Assembly (NCBI GenBank): GCA_002254565.1
Contig: NJEG01000015.1
Span: forward strand, 4,726 to 68,725
Length of the DNA stretch: 64,000 nucleotides
Reading direction: 5' to 3'
DNA from: Candidatus Altiarchaeales archaeon ex4484_2
Lineage (GTDB): Archaea; Altiarchaeota; Altiarchaeia; IMC4; QMZM01
Numbering within the stretch: the stretch's first letter is position 1; each line of letters starts with the position of its first letter. A program made the translations under genes and the position numbers. Below the pieces are notes generated by a model that saw only the letters and a program-made list of their open reading frames with translations, was not told the origin of the DNA and did not search any database. This document shows positions 39,682 to 51,400 of this stretch, piece after piece.

Positions 39682-41100
39682 ATGAATCTTGAGTTCATAA
39701 GACCACTCATTAAATACCTCCCCGAGGTGAAGATTCCAAGAAAACACATCTCCTTCAAGGAGAAACTCATGTGGACTTTTTCTGTTCTGGTTTTGTTTTT
39801 TATTATGGGGGTGGTATACCCCACAGGGGTCTCCCGGGCGGATATACCCGAGGCTTTCCAGATATACCAGATTATTTTCGCCAGCAACATGGGTAGTCTA
39901 ATATCCGTAGGAATCGGCCCAATTGTTACATCGTCTATTATATTGCAGTTGCTGGTTGGCTCTAAGATGATAGACCTTGACCTTGGGAAACCTGATAATC
40001 AGGCACTGTTTCAGGGTACACAAAAGATTCTTACTGTATTGATTGCCGTATTTGAGGCCGCTGGAGTGGTTGTCGGCTTCCAGCTTGGAGGGAGTTTTCT
40101 GGGTGAGACATGGAGCATGTTCCATCCGTTGGTCTTATTTATTATTTTCCAGGTTGCTATGGGTTCTATCCTGCTGATGTTTCTGGACGAGGTTGTCTCA
40201 AAATGGGGTATCGGTTCAGGTATTGGACTTTTCATAGCTGGAGGTGTCTCGCAGAAGATTATGGCCGCATCACTCAGCTTTTTGACGACCGAAACAGGCT
40301 TCGTGGGCCGGATTCCCTATACCATAGTCAGTTTCCTTAACGGATCGGTGAGTTTCTTCGGTCTTTTCTCATCCGATTATCTGTTTCCCATGATAGCCGT
40401 TGTGATAGTGTTTCTGGTTGTTGTCTTGGGAGAGTCCATGCGTCTTGAGATTCCACTGTCTTATGGGGGTGTGAGAGGTGTTGGAGGACGCTATCCCCTG
40501 AAGTTTTTCTATGTCTCCAATATTCCGGTTATATTAGCTGCTGCATTACTTGCTAATGTACGCATGTGGGCGCAAATTGTTGGTGTGAACATAAACAACC
40601 CACCACCCAACCCTGATGTTATTCAGGAGATCGTTTATCAGGTAGGCCATAATATAACCCTAGGTAATCTTTATGGCCTGTTGAGTCCAGACAACCTTGG
40701 AATGTTTCTGGAACCGAATATAATATCTCACCTGTTTTTTTACACTATATCTTTTATCGGCTTATGTATTATCTTCGGTAAGTTCTGGGTGGAGACCACC
40801 GGTTTAAGTGCCGAGAACGTTGCGGACCAGATTCAGGGCGGTGGCATGCAGATCCCTGGCTTCAGGAGGGATAAGAGGGTTATCGAAAGAGTCCTGAACA
40901 GATACATTCCGCAGATTACCATAATCAGTTCCGTGGCTGTTGGCTTGCTGGCTTTAATAGCTGACTTGATGGGAGCCTTCGGCTCTGGCACAGGCATTCT
41001 CTTAACTGTCGGTATACTACATAACTTATACGAACAGGTACAGCAGGAGCAGATGAGTGAGATGCACCCGGCGTTCAGGCGATTCATGGGCAAAGCATAA
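39682..41100 (+). CDS. secY: preprotein translocase subunit SecY
   Basis: A 10-TM protein with SNMGSLISVGIGPIVTSSIILQLL, at the end of the ribosomal operon. Confidence 0.95.
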   Translation: MNLEFIRPLIKYLPEVKIPRKHISFKEKLMWTFSVLVLFFIMGVVYPTGVSRADIPEAFQIYQIIFASNMGSLISVGIGPIVTSSIILQLLVGSKMIDLDLGKPDNQALFQGTQKILTVLIAVFEAAGVVVGFQLGGSFLGETWSMFHPLVLFIIFQVAMGSILLMFLDEVVSKWGIGSGIGLFIAGGVSQKIMAASLSFLTTETGFVGRIPYTIVSFLNGSVSFFGLFSSDYLFPMIAVVIVFLVVVLGESMRLEIPLSYGGVRGVGGRYPLKFFYVSNIPVILAAALLANVRMWAQIVGVNINNPPPNPDVIQEIVYQVGHNITLGNLYGLLSPDNLGMFLEPNIISHLFFYTISFIGLCIIFGKFWVETTGLSAENVADQIQGGGMQIPGFRRDKRVIERVLNRYIPQITIISSVAVGLLALIADLMGAFGSGTGILLTVGILHNLYEQVQQEQMSEMHPAFRRFMGKA

Positions 41101-41102
41101 GA

Positions 41103-41912
41103 TTATTTACGGACTTTGCATCCGCATCCACCTGATTTTATTGCTTCAATACAGTTTTCTCTATCTTCTTTGTTTGTTATTTTCTCGCATATGCCGGAGT
41201 CTTCCGTGAGTATGGCTACTTTTGCATAGCATTCGTTTCTGTAGATGTTGTTTATTTTCTCGCAGAGTGAGGTATCCCTCTTCTTCAAGGCAAGATTCAG
41301 ATAGCATTCATCCAGGTAATAATGTTTTATTTTAATGCCCTTACATGTGGTTATGTAGAAAAAGGATTTGTTGCTTATTTCAGCGCATATTCCTGGTTTA
41401 TTCTGGCGTATGGCCGTGTACGTGAAGCATTTATCCCGCATATTCTGGTTCTGGATTATCCTGCATGTTGCTAGCTGGATGAATTCCGGCAGGGATTTTT
41501 TCCATGCGATAATATCCAGGAAACAATCGTCTTTAAGGCTCTGATTTTTTATTATCTCACATTCATCGAACTCGCTAACTGATTCCAGACTCGTCTTGTA
41601 TGAATCTCTCTCCCTGATGATATCCTTAAGCTCTGATTCAAGGATTTTTTTTTCTTTGGTTAGGTTCTGGACTTCTCTGCTGAGATTAAACATCCCGTTA
41701 AATGTTTTGTTCAGTTCATCCCCACATTCCATCAGCTCCATATTGCATGATTTGCTGTCTAAACCGCTTCGCCAGACCTTGTTTTTTTGTTCAATTAATC
41801 TGTTAGTGCATTCACCAAGTTTATTGCTGTTTTCGGAGTAATAGAATGCTGCAATAGAGAAAACAATCAAGGTAAATGCGAGATATAACGTGAAAGCCTT
41901 TTCTAAATCCAT
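41103..41912 (-). CDS. hypothetical membrane-anchored protein with a coiled coil and repeated Cys-pair motifs
   Basis: An N-terminal TM helix, a coiled-coil stretch, then repeated C-x(n)-C units (RDKCFTYTAI...ICAEI, LCEKINNIYRNECYAKVA, ICEKITNKEDRENC). Confidence 0.4.
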   Translation of the reverse strand: MDLEKAFTLYLAFTLIVFSIAAFYYSENSNKLGECTNRLIEQKNKVWRSGLDSKSCNMELMECGDELNKTFNGMFNLSREVQNLTKEKKILESELKDIIRERDSYKTSLESVSEFDECEIIKNQSLKDDCFLDIIAWKKSLPEFIQLATCRIIQNQNMRDKCFTYTAIRQNKPGICAEISNKSFFYITTCKGIKIKHYYLDECYLNLALKKRDTSLCEKINNIYRNECYAKVAILTEDSGICEKITNKEDRENCIEAIKSGGCGCKVRK

Positions 41913-41963
41913 AAAAGAATATAATACGGGATGTTATTTATCTATGCAGGGAAGGGAGCTGGA

Positions 41964-43307
41964 CTAGATTAAGAGGAAATCTTTCAGGAATAACAGATAG
42001 CTTTTATCTCTCAATTCCAGCACCTCGACACCCTCCTTTATCTCAACTTTAGCTTCCTCACGTAGGTTTCGACCGAATCCCCTCCTCTCTGCTGTGATTT
42101 TTTCTATAAGCTGCCTCGCCGTTTTATATTCCCTCTCAGCGTCGGCCATCCATCTACCGTCTTCCAGATAGGTTTTCCCGTATTTATCCCTGAATCTCTT
42201 CTGGTCTCCTCCTTTTTTATCTGCCGGCGGACCAAGTCTTTTCTCGATCACAGGCAGAGCGTGCACCTCCAGCTCAAAGAGGATTATGGAAAGATTTACC
42301 TCATTCGTCCAGTACCCGGATTTCACAAACCTGAATCCCCGCTCCTCCATTAATAATTCAGTTGCCTTCAGGGTCTTCCTCAACTGAGAATGCAGGCTGT
42401 TGACGTTGATTGCAGGATGATTGAATTCCATTAAAAGAAACCTTGTGCCCCTGGATTCCATAGCCCCCTTTATTTTAGGGATGGGTGGAGCAGTTCTATC
42501 AGGGGGGAAAAAATATTCCCTGCCTGGTTTCTCCAGGAATCTTTCAGCCTTGAACTTGAACAATGCGATCCTCTGCCTGGAGACAGCAGCAGCAGCATTC
42601 CTGTATCTGTCCACCGGGTCGATTATTACCAGATCGGATTCAGGGAACAGGCATCTTATCTCCTGCCTGGAAGCCCATGAATCTTCTGGGTCAAGTATTT
42701 CACCGAAATGCCAGTCAACAGCCGCCTCCAAAACCCCCCTAAAGGAGCCATAGTTCAAAACCAGCAACTCCACCAAGTAACCAGAGAAACCCTGAGTCTT
42801 GGTTTCAGCCCCATACACACGTATACCCTTCATGAATTGCTTCAAAAGTAGGATTTCATCTCTTAATCCCCTGTCCTGCCTGAGTTTTCTCTTAATGTAG
42901 TTGGTATGGTGTGGCGTTCTATCAACAGCCGACTTGATATGTTCCATATCAACTTTATAGCAGGGTACCACGTCCACATCATATCCCCCATAGAATCCCA
43001 CCACATAAGGATGCTCTGCATAGTCTATCTCGTATTTCGCATTCAGGGAATCAAAGGCCTTCTTCCCGGCTTCAACACCCTCTTCCTCGAGTGTTTCTCT
43101 GCTAACTGACTCATCAAATAAAATAAAGAGGTCTATATCCTTATCTGCTCTCAGGTCTGTTTCCTTAGCTAAAGAACCTACCAGGAGCGATTCCATTCCC
43201 AGTTTCTCAAGCTCCCCTTTTACTTCACCTATTATACGCTTCTCTCTGGTGCGCTCCTCTTTTGTGGGTTTTATCTCCTCCAGCATAGACTTCAATAGTT
43301 CATCCAT
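41964..43307 (-). CDS. cca: CCA-adding enzyme (archaeal class I tRNA nucleotidyltransferase)
   Basis: GSLAKETDLRADKDIDLFILF nucleotidyltransferase motif, with archaeal CCA length and body. Confidence 0.9.
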   Translation of the reverse strand: MDELLKSMLEEIKPTKEERTREKRIIGEVKGELEKLGMESLLVGSLAKETDLRADKDIDLFILFDESVSRETLEEEGVEAGKKAFDSLNAKYEIDYAEHPYVVGFYGGYDVDVVPCYKVDMEHIKSAVDRTPHHTNYIKRKLRQDRGLRDEILLLKQFMKGIRVYGAETKTQGFSGYLVELLVLNYGSFRGVLEAAVDWHFGEILDPEDSWASRQEIRCLFPESDLVIIDPVDRYRNAAAAVSRQRIALFKFKAERFLEKPGREYFFPPDRTAPPIPKIKGAMESRGTRFLLMEFNHPAINVNSLHSQLRKTLKATELLMEERGFRFVKSGYWTNEVNLSIILFELEVHALPVIEKRLGPPADKKGGDQKRFRDKYGKTYLEDGRWMADAEREYKTARQLIEKITAERRGFGRNLREEAKVEIKEGVEVLELRDKSYLLFLKDFLLI

Positions 43308-43822
43308 TATAGCTTAACCCTGTCCACCCGGTAGTAGGTTATGTCCCCCTCCCCGTCAACCAGGGCGTAAATCATCTCCTTGTTCACGTTCTGGGAGAGC
43401 CTTACCGCTCTGGCCAGCTCCGGGAAAGAGCAGGTGTATTCCTCAGGTACTACATGGACCATATAATCAGAGTGCCCTGTTTTTATAGAAACCCCCCTGC
43501 CATAGACCCTATAGTCTGACCCGAATTTCAGGCCTGTTCTAACCAGAAGACCTCTCTCCCTTAGATCACTATAGACAAGGTACTTTGAGTAGAAATCTTT
43601 TTTTATCCCATTCCCTTCATCCACCAGATCATTGAAGGAAAAGTTTTTTTTGCCGTCGCTGACCTGCATCTTTTCTTTCTCCACCAGATAGATTGCCTCA
43701 ACCAGCGACAGCTGCTGCCTGCTGCCCTCCTCCTCACCGAAGCCCTTATCCCTCAGGAAACTCTTCAGGTCACTGTCTACTACAACAACCTTGGAACCGG
43801 AAAGCAGACCCGTGTTAGCCAT
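43307..43822 (-). CDS. endA: tRNA-splicing endonuclease (short, homotetramer-type subunit)
   Basis: YLVYSDLRERGLLVRTGLKFGSDYRVY...HSDYMVHV. Its stop overlaps the cca start (TAATG). Confidence 0.85.
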   Translation of the reverse strand: MANTGLLSGSKVVVVDSDLKSFLRDKGFGEEEGSRQQLSLVEAIYLVEKEKMQVSDGKKNFSFNDLVDEGNGIKKDFYSKYLVYSDLRERGLLVRTGLKFGSDYRVYGRGVSIKTGHSDYMVHVVPEEYTCSFPELARAVRLSQNVNKEMIYALVDGEGDITYYRVDRVKL

Positions 43823-43855
43823 ATAATTCTATTATATCTAAATAATAAGAATAAG

Positions 43856-44620
43856 ATGATTTCGCTTGGACTGGAGGGCACGGCACATACCCTGGGGGTT
43901 GGTATAATGGATGATAAGAGGGTTCTAGCAGACCGGAGAGCAATCTACCAGCCCAGAGAGGGCATACACCCCAGAGAGGCGTCGAGGTTTATAGCAATGT
44001 TGACTTGTTCACGTTCTCCCAGGGTCCCGGTTTAGGCCCCTGCCTGAGAACCGTGGCTACCGCGGCGAGAGCGCTCGCCCTCCACTACAGGAAGCCCGTT
44101 ATGGGAGTGAACCACTGCATAGCCCATATAGAGATAGGCAGACTGGTCTGTAAAAAAACAAACCCCCTGGTTTTATACGTCTCCGGAGGCAACACCCAGA
44201 TACTTAAGCTGAGGGAAAGAAGATACTGTATCTACGGCGAAACACTGGATATAGGGGTGGGTAATATGCTGGATAAATTCGGCAGAACGGTTGGTTTAAA
44301 GCACCCGGCAGGTCCAAAGATAGAGGAACTGGCCGGGGAAGGGAATAAGTTCATAGAGATCATTAGCACACCTTAAGGCTGATGAACTGCTTCTGGTGGG
44401 GGGTGTGGGAAACAACAGAAGACTCCGGGATATGCTGTCCATCATGTCGGGAGAGCATGGATGCAGCTTCTGTGTTCCTGAAGAATACTGCAGTGACAAC
44501 GGGGTTATGATTGCCCACACCGGCCTGTTGATGTATAATTTTGGAGTAAGAATGAAGGTAGGAGATACAGTAGCCAGGCAGAGATACAGGACAGATGATG
44601 TGGATGTGGTCTGGCAGTAG
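43856..44620 (+). pseudogene. kae1: Kae1 (tRNA t6A synthase subunit), broken into three frames with two internal holes
   Basis: MISLGLEGTAHTLGVGI...GIHPRE, then (frame change) VEVYSNVDLFTFSQGPGLGPCLR...VNHCIAHIE...LYVSGGNTQ...GPKIEELA, then (frame change) RSLAHLKADELLLVGGVGNNRRLR...CSDNGVMIA. Confidence 0.85.
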
Positions 44621-44698
44621 AATATTTAAATCTCAACATCGTAGATATATATGTCAACTATTTCTTAAACTAGTAGGTGCCGTTGGCCTAGATGCACT

Positions 44699-46621
44699 AT
44701 GGATGAAATCAACGAGGCTGAAAAGGATGCTGTGGGTAATAGCGTAAACAAGAGGGATATCACAGAGTTTGAGTCTTGGGAGGATTTCGAGTCCACAGAC
44801 CAGATTAAGATCCCTGAAAGGCTTATAGACCAGGTTATAGGACAGGATAAGGCGGTAAGCAAGATAAAGAAGGCCGCCAGACAGAGAAGGAATATCCTGC
44901 TCATAGGGGAGCCGGGCACCGGTAAATCCATGCTGGCCCTGGCCATGGCCCAGCTTCTACCCTCCGAGGAATTGGTTGATGTCCTGGTATACCCCAACGA
45001 GGAGGATGAAAACAACCCCCACATAAAAACCGCCCCGGCAGGGGAGGGAATCAAGATTATAAGAAAGGAAAGAGAAAGACGGGGGGATATGAAAAAACCC
45101 AACACAAACCAGTTCTTCCTGCCGTTCATTGTTTTCATGTCAGGGGTTATGCTTGGTCTGTTAACCGATGAGGACCTGATAGCTCTGGGGATTATGGGCA
45201 TGAGTTTCCTTTTGTTCATTATCTCGGGATTGAATCTGAGGTTTATGATGTCCTCCCAGAGCGGGCATGATATTCCAAAGATGATAGTGGATAATGCCAC
45301 GAAGAAAAAATCTCCATTCTATGACGGTACCGGCACACACGCCGGCGCTCTATTGGGGGATGTGAAACACGACCCCCTGCAAAGCGGGGGACTTGGGACT
45401 CCAGCACACCAGAGGGTTGTCTCAGGACTGATACATAAAGCCAACAAGGGCGTATTGTTCATAGACGAGATAGCGACACTAGGCAGGACACAACAGGATT
45501 TATTGACAGCTATGCAAGAGAAGCAGTTGTCCATAACAGGCAGGAGCGAGATGAGCTCTGGGGCGATGGTTATAACAGACCCTGTGCCGGCCGACTTCAT
45601 TCTTGTCGCCTCAGGCAACCTATCCGATGTGCAGAGCATGCACCCCGCCATGAGGTCGAGAATCAGAGGCTACGGGTATGAGGTATATATGGATGACACA
45701 ATAGATGATACGGAAGAAAACAGGAAAAAGCTTGTTCAGTTCGTAGCACAGGAAGTGAACAATGACGGGAAGATTCCGCACTTCACAAAGGATGCTGTGG
45801 GAGAGATTATAAGAGAAGCCAGGAGAAGAGCTGGCATGAAAAACAAGATGACCCTAAAATTCAGGGAGCTTGGTGGCATAGTAAGAGCTTCAGGGGATAT
45901 AGCCCAAGAAATAAATCATGAATACGTCACCGCAGAGGACGTTATCGAGGGTAAGAAGGCTGCGAAATCCCTGGAACAACAAGTAAGCAACGTCTACCTG
46001 GAGAGAAAGAGGGAATATAACATATTGATCACAGAAGGGGGGTTTGTTGGCAGAGTCAACGGATTAGCTGTTTTAGGTGAGGGAGGTACCGTGCTGCCTA
46101 TTGAGGCAGAGGTAACCCCCGGAGGTAAGAAGTCAGAAATCATTGCCACAGGCAAACTGGGGGATATAGCCAAGGAGGCTATACAGAATGTCTCAGCTGT
46201 TATAATGAAAATCTATGGAGAGGATATCAAGGAGAAATACGACATATTCGTGCAGTTCCTGCAGACCTACGAGGGAGTGGAGGGTGATTCCGCCTCTGTG
46301 AGCGTTGTCGTGGCCATGATTTCCGCGCTAAAGAATATCCCCGTGGACCAGAGCGTGGGCATGACCGGATCACTGACTGTTAGAGGAGAGGTTCTTCCCG
46401 TGGGAGGTGTAACCCAAAAGATTGAGGCGGGGATAGATGCTGGATTAAAGAGGGTTATCATACCCAAATCCAACGAGAAAGACGTTCTCTTAGAGAAGAG
46501 ATATGAGGGTATGATCGAGATCATGACCGCTGAAACCCTGGTTGATGTTTTAAGGCATTCCCTCATAGGAGGAGAGGATGTGTTGAAGCGGATGGAATAT
46601 ATCGAAGAACAGTCTGGATAA
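44699..46621 (+). CDS. lonB: archaeal membrane-bound Lon protease (LonB)
   Basis: Walker A GEPGTGKS, a TM insertion ([17 protein letters not shown]...), and the protease Ser motif DSASVSVV. Confidence 0.9.
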   Translation: MDEINEAEKDAVGNSVNKRDITEFESWEDFESTDQIKIPERLIDQVIGQDKAVSKIKKAARQRRNILLIGEPGTGKSMLALAMAQLLPSEELVDVLVYPNEEDENNPHIKTAPAGEGIKIIRKERERRGDMKKPNTNQFFLPFIVFMSGVMLGLLTDEDLIALGIMGMSFLLFIISGLNLRFMMSSQSGHDIPKMIVDNATKKKSPFYDGTGTHAGALLGDVKHDPLQSGGLGTPAHQRVVSGLIHKANKGVLFIDEIATLGRTQQDLLTAMQEKQLSITGRSEMSSGAMVITDPVPADFILVASGNLSDVQSMHPAMRSRIRGYGYEVYMDDTIDDTEENRKKLVQFVAQEVNNDGKIPHFTKDAVGEIIREARRRAGMKNKMTLKFRELGGIVRASGDIAQEINHEYVTAEDVIEGKKAAKSLEQQVSNVYLERKREYNILITEGGFVGRVNGLAVLGEGGTVLPIEAEVTPGGKKSEIIATGKLGDIAKEAIQNVSAVIMKIYGEDIKEKYDIFVQFLQTYEGVEGDSASVSVVVAMISALKNIPVDQSVGMTGSLTVRGEVLPVGGVTQKIEAGIDAGLKRVIIPKSNEKDVLLEKRYEGMIEIMTAETLVDVLRHSLIGGEDVLKRMEYIEEQSG

Positions 46622-46665
46622 ACACTTCTTCTCTTTTAATTATGAATACCTAAATAATATCCACA

Positions 46666-47595
46666 ATGGAGATAGAGGATTTATCTGGCGTAGGTGATAA
46701 GGTAGCGGAGAAACTCAGGGGCGCAGGTTTCTCCACGGTTGAATCAGTGGCAACAGCATCCGTCGGAGAGCTTAAGGCGGTTGGCCTAGGGGAAGCATCA
46801 GCAATTAAACTAATAAATAGTGCTCAGGAAGGCATAAACATGGGCTTCGAGACAGGCATGGACTTCAAGAAAAAAAGAGAGGCGATAGGGAAACTGAGCA
46901 CAGGAAGCAAGGAACTGGACACCCTATTGGGTGGGGGTGTTGAGACACAGGCCATAACAGAATTATTCGGTAAATACGGTTCAGGTAAAACACAGATAGC
47001 TCATCAGCTGGCGGTGAACGTCCAGCTACCCAAAAAGGAGGGGGGACTAGATGCTAACGCGATATACATTGACACGGAAAACACCTTCAGGCCGGAGAGG
47101 ATTATTCAGATGGCAGAGGCTAAAGGCTTGGACCCGGATGAAGTCCTGAAGAATACGCAGGTTGCGAGGGCATACAACTCAGACCACCAGATTATTCTAG
47201 CAGAGAAGGCAGCTGAAATAGCTGATGAACACAAAATCAAGGTTTTGGTCGTGGATTCATTGACTTCACACTTCAGGGCGGAATACACGGGAAGAGGCAG
47301 TCTGGCTGAGAGACAGCAGAAGCTGAACAGGTTCCTTCACCTGCTGCAGAGAAGCATTGGAGACCTCCATAATACTGCAGTTATAGTAACAAATCAGGTA
47401 ATGTCCAGACCAGATATAATGTTTGGAGATCCTACTACCCCAATCGGGGGGCATATTGTAGGACACACATCCACATTCAGGATTTATTTGAGGAAGGGTA
47501 AGGGAGAGCATAGAGTAGCTAAATTAATTGACTCACCTAATATGCCGGATGGGGAGTGTATATTTAGGATAACAGGGAATGGGATCGAGGATTAA
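46666..47595 (+). CDS. radA: DNA repair and recombination protein RadA
   Basis: An HhH N-domain ([12 protein letters not shown]) and Walker [10 protein letters not shown]. Confidence 0.95.
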   Translation: MEIEDLSGVGDKVAEKLRGAGFSTVESVATASVGELKAVGLGEASAIKLINSAQEGINMGFETGMDFKKKREAIGKLSTGSKELDTLLGGGVETQAITELFGKYGSGKTQIAHQLAVNVQLPKKEGGLDANAIYIDTENTFRPERIIQMAEAKGLDPDEVLKNTQVARAYNSDHQIILAEKAAEIADEHKIKVLVVDSLTSHFRAEYTGRGSLAERQQKLNRFLHLLQRSIGDLHNTAVIVTNQVMSRPDIMFGDPTTPIGGHIVGHTSTFRIYLRKGKGEHRVAKLIDSPNMPDGECIFRITGNGIED

Positions 47596-48350
47596 TCCAG
47601 TCTAAACATATCCAGCATATCTTTCTCGGTGAAATGCAATTCTCCTGGAACAACCAAGGAATGAGGGGGTCTGCCGAAATCCAAGTCCAACAATTCTTCC
47701 AGGGTACCCACCCGTATAAGGGAATCGCCTCCCAGCCTAGCGATACCCACAAGAGATAAATCATCTACTATTAACCTCTTTTTCTTTTCATCCTCCATTC
47801 TCAGCAACAACCTTAATCCCTCATTAACGGTCATGAACCTAGTTTCTTCTGACTTAACATCCAACAAAACCAGTGAATGCAACCCCAAATCATGATTATT
47901 CTTTATCACATCATAGGGTGATGTGGGGAAATAATCCCCCTGGGGGAAGGGTAATGTTGTTGTCTTACCAAACTTGTATATCTGCAATCCTGTTTCAGCG
48001 ACCGCAGAGTATATTGAGGATGAATGGATTATCTTAACCTCAACGCCCTTCTTCCTAGCCCTTAATATAACATCAGCGTGTGTGGTGGCAATCAGGGGAT
48101 CCCCACAGACAAGCAAAGCAACATCCTTGTGGGGGTTGGATAAAACATTTCCATCGATGTCTTCCTCTAGATCATATCTCCCCAGGACATTGATTTTTTT
48201 ACCAGCCCATTTCTCTATAACAGACAAGTCGCCGTTAAAGAAGCTTGTGTATAACTCTGCATAGACCACATTTACCTTCTTTAGTGTCTCAATGGCTTTA
48301 ATGCTGACATCTCCCTCGTCATGAATCCCTAGACCGATGAGATAAAGCAT
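47592..48350 (-). CDS. dph5: diphthine synthase
   Basis: MLYLIGLGI...[15 protein letters not shown] tetrapyrrole-methylase-fold pattern. Confidence 0.85.
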   Translation of the reverse strand: MLYLIGLGIHDEGDVSIKAIETLKKVNVVYAELYTSFFNGDLSVIEKWAGKKINVLGRYDLEEDIDGNVLSNPHKDVALLVCGDPLIATTHADVILRARKKGVEVKIIHSSSIYSAVAETGLQIYKFGKTTTLPFPQGDYFPTSPYDVIKNNHDLGLHSLVLLDVKSEETRFMTVNEGLRLLLRMEDEKKKRLIVDDLSLVGIARLGGDSLIRVGTLEELLDLDFGRPPHSLVVPGELHFTEKDMLDMFRLD

Positions 48351-48403
48351 TTTTGTAGATGGGACTGAAAATTAATAAAAAAAAAGAAAAAAGAAAGGAG
48401 ATT

Positions 48404-51400
48404 TTAGTGTGCGTTCTCCTTCAACCACTGTATCAGCTGATCTCCTGCTTCTCTGGTGTCTGAGGCCAGGTAACCGGCAACCATAATCTTGTTACCGTCC
48501 TTGCTGACAATGTATTTGTCAGGGGATGCCTCAAGTTCTTCAGGGGTAACGGTGGACATTCCGTTCACCACAGGACCTCCAACGATTACGAGGTTCTTGG
48601 TGGTGTCGGCTCCTATCTCACTCACTACCAGGTTTCCGACGTCGTTAACAGTCACCTTGGTGTAGGACTCAGTGCCGTCTCCTCCAGATGCTTCCATGGT
48701 AAAGTTGCTTACCGTGAACTCACAGCATCCGGCTGATATTGTGTTCCCTACATCGGCTTCTGTTATCTCATCGTATACCACTGTCTCCTCTTCCTGCGTA
48801 CCGATAAAGAAGGTCGAGTCCACTGCAGACTGCGGGTGACATATCTCAACAGATGTTATCTCGTTGTCGGTTCCCCAGTCAATGGTGTAGGTATCTCCCC
48901 CTTCAGGTACGTAGAGGATACTGTCCTGGTCGTCGTCTATTACTTTAGTCGTTATAACATTGCTGTATATGTCATCCTGTAGAACACAGTCACTGAAGGA
49001 CACGTTGGTACAGTTGTAGGTTTTGTTCGTTGCCGGGTCAGCAAATACACACTCGTTAGCAGAGCCACCGTTGCTTCCGTTGACCAGACACTCTGTGGTG
49101 TATACTCCAACAGAGTGGGAATAGTCATCGTCTCCAAAGTCACCCTGACTTCTCTCTGACATGTCGATAACCACTCTCTCCCCGTCCTCGTTTTCTGCAT
49201 ATATAAGCAGGTCGTCTAAGTCTTCGTCATCGTTTATGTCCACACCTTCACTATCACCACATGCGGTTATGTTGTATATGTCTAGGTCAAGCTCTCTTTC
49301 AACCCACAGGTCCAGTTCGCTTCCGGAGTTCTCGAAGTCGTCGAAGGTAGATACTACCCCATCTTTAATTGGTGTCGCCAGATCAGGGTCAACAAGCAAC
49401 AGCGGCTTCGTGTGGTTGTATGCTGACGTACCCCACGGGTTTTTGAGAGACATTATTATGTCATCGTCACCAGCGTCGTAGATCAAAACCATCTCCACAT
49501 CGTTTACGGTTACATTAGCCCAGAAAAGATCGGATGCATCTTTCTCAACCTCTTCATCGCCAGCTTTGTTCAGGCTGCAGTCATCGTCGTTGAATGCATC
49601 AGACAAGGCAACAGTCCTGAAGACTACCTCATCAATCTCTTCACAGCTACAGGGCTGATTGGCTGCATCGTATTCGCCTGGATCTGTACCTGCGTCTGGC
49701 TGACCGTTGGTTAGACCCACATTACAGGCATACGCATTAGCGCTTTCATTATCAGTTTCAGTGTCGCACATGTGGTACAACGTGATCTCCTGCTTCGATC
49801 CAGAGCCTACTGGCTTGAGGTCAACCTCATAGGTATCAAGATTATCGTCGTCTTCGTCGTCAAGAGAAACGTCTATGAACTGGTACATCTTGCCGTTTAT
49901 GAGGAAGGCATCTTCATCACCGCTTTCCTCGAATGGTCCGTTGTCCAGTCTCAGATCATATCTGTTGTTTTTCTCGTCCGTTAAGCCCACAACAACCTGA
50001 TAAGGCTCTTCACCGGGAGCTACTACTATGTTTCCTTCACCGTCACCGGAGCAAACAGCCTCCCTGAACGCGGAACTCATATATCCCTTGAAGGTTAACT
50101 TAAAGTCTCCGGGAATATCGAAGTCGTCTCCGATTCTCAGTGCATGCCATAGCTCGTCATCCTGTCCCTCATCTACGTCCTCTGTTAGGGTTACAGTAAC
50201 CTGATCCAACACTAGATTGTTGTTTGCACCCAAGCCCTTATACTGGGTTATGTCTGTTTCGCAGTCGTTTGAACCATTGCATGGCACAGCGTCAACGCCT
50301 ACTTTCCAACCAGTCCAGGTTTCGTCTCCGATGGTAAGGAATTCATCGTCCTCAAGAACCAGCTGGTTCTCTATGTCGTAGACTATGATGGATGCTGTCT
50401 CAACTCCGCCTGAGGACTCCGCATATACTCCGGAAATCTCCAGCTGATCTACCACAGCGTTACCCATCTTGGATATCTGCCTCTGCACTTCCGTCCCATC
50501 TGGTTTCTGTACAGTCAACAGGATACCTGCCACAACATACTCTCCAGAGTATATAAGGTGGTCTATCTTAAACTTGTACCCTTTGTACTCGGAGGTGTAT
50601 CCTTCGCTTGTTATGTCATCCAGCCTGGCACCGTCAGCCAGTATTATCTTGTCTTCACCGTCTATCTCTTTCACGTAGTACTCCTTGCCGAAGAATAGCA
50701 TCTTACCCCTGTACTCGAAGTCAACCCAAGCATCACTGCCTGTTCCACTAGCACTAATCATTTTCTGCATGGGGATCCATCCAGCCTTCAGTATGTACTT
50801 TATGGATTGTTCTTCAAGTGCCATCTCCAGGTACTCTGGATCATCCTTACCTATGCCGTTCTCATAGTACCACATGCTGCTGGGGTCTATGTAGAGCTTT
50901 TCCTTCATAGTGTGGGATGGGTTCTCCAGCGCCTCCAGACACAATGTATGACAAAACAAACAGTGTATGTTGTTGGAGGACATGGTCTGTAGAACTGTTG
51001 CCTCAGAAAGCTCCTCGGTATCACAGGATATAGCGTACTGTGTGAAGTCGCCTGGCTCATATGTCTTGCTGCTGTCGCTGAACTGGTACTGTGGGAACGC
51101 ATCGTCCTGATCATAGAAGTCCGCGCTTATTTCAACATCGGTATCCTGTATGTATTCACCGATTGCTCCGAGAGCTGCTGTCTCAATCAAGACCTTGCCT
51201 GTTGCTCCAGCTGCTCCTCCTCCTGCAGTAGCTGCCTCTTCCATGTAGGCCAGGTTTCCGACGGTTGCAGCAATGTTTCCTGCTGTCACAAAGTCGTCTG
51301 GTCCTCCTGCATTGGCTTTCTCTCCAACTACTATCTGCACTTTGGGCATGTAGCTGCTGTCATAGAAAAAGCTCGTGTCTATTCCTGTGGAATCCATTCC

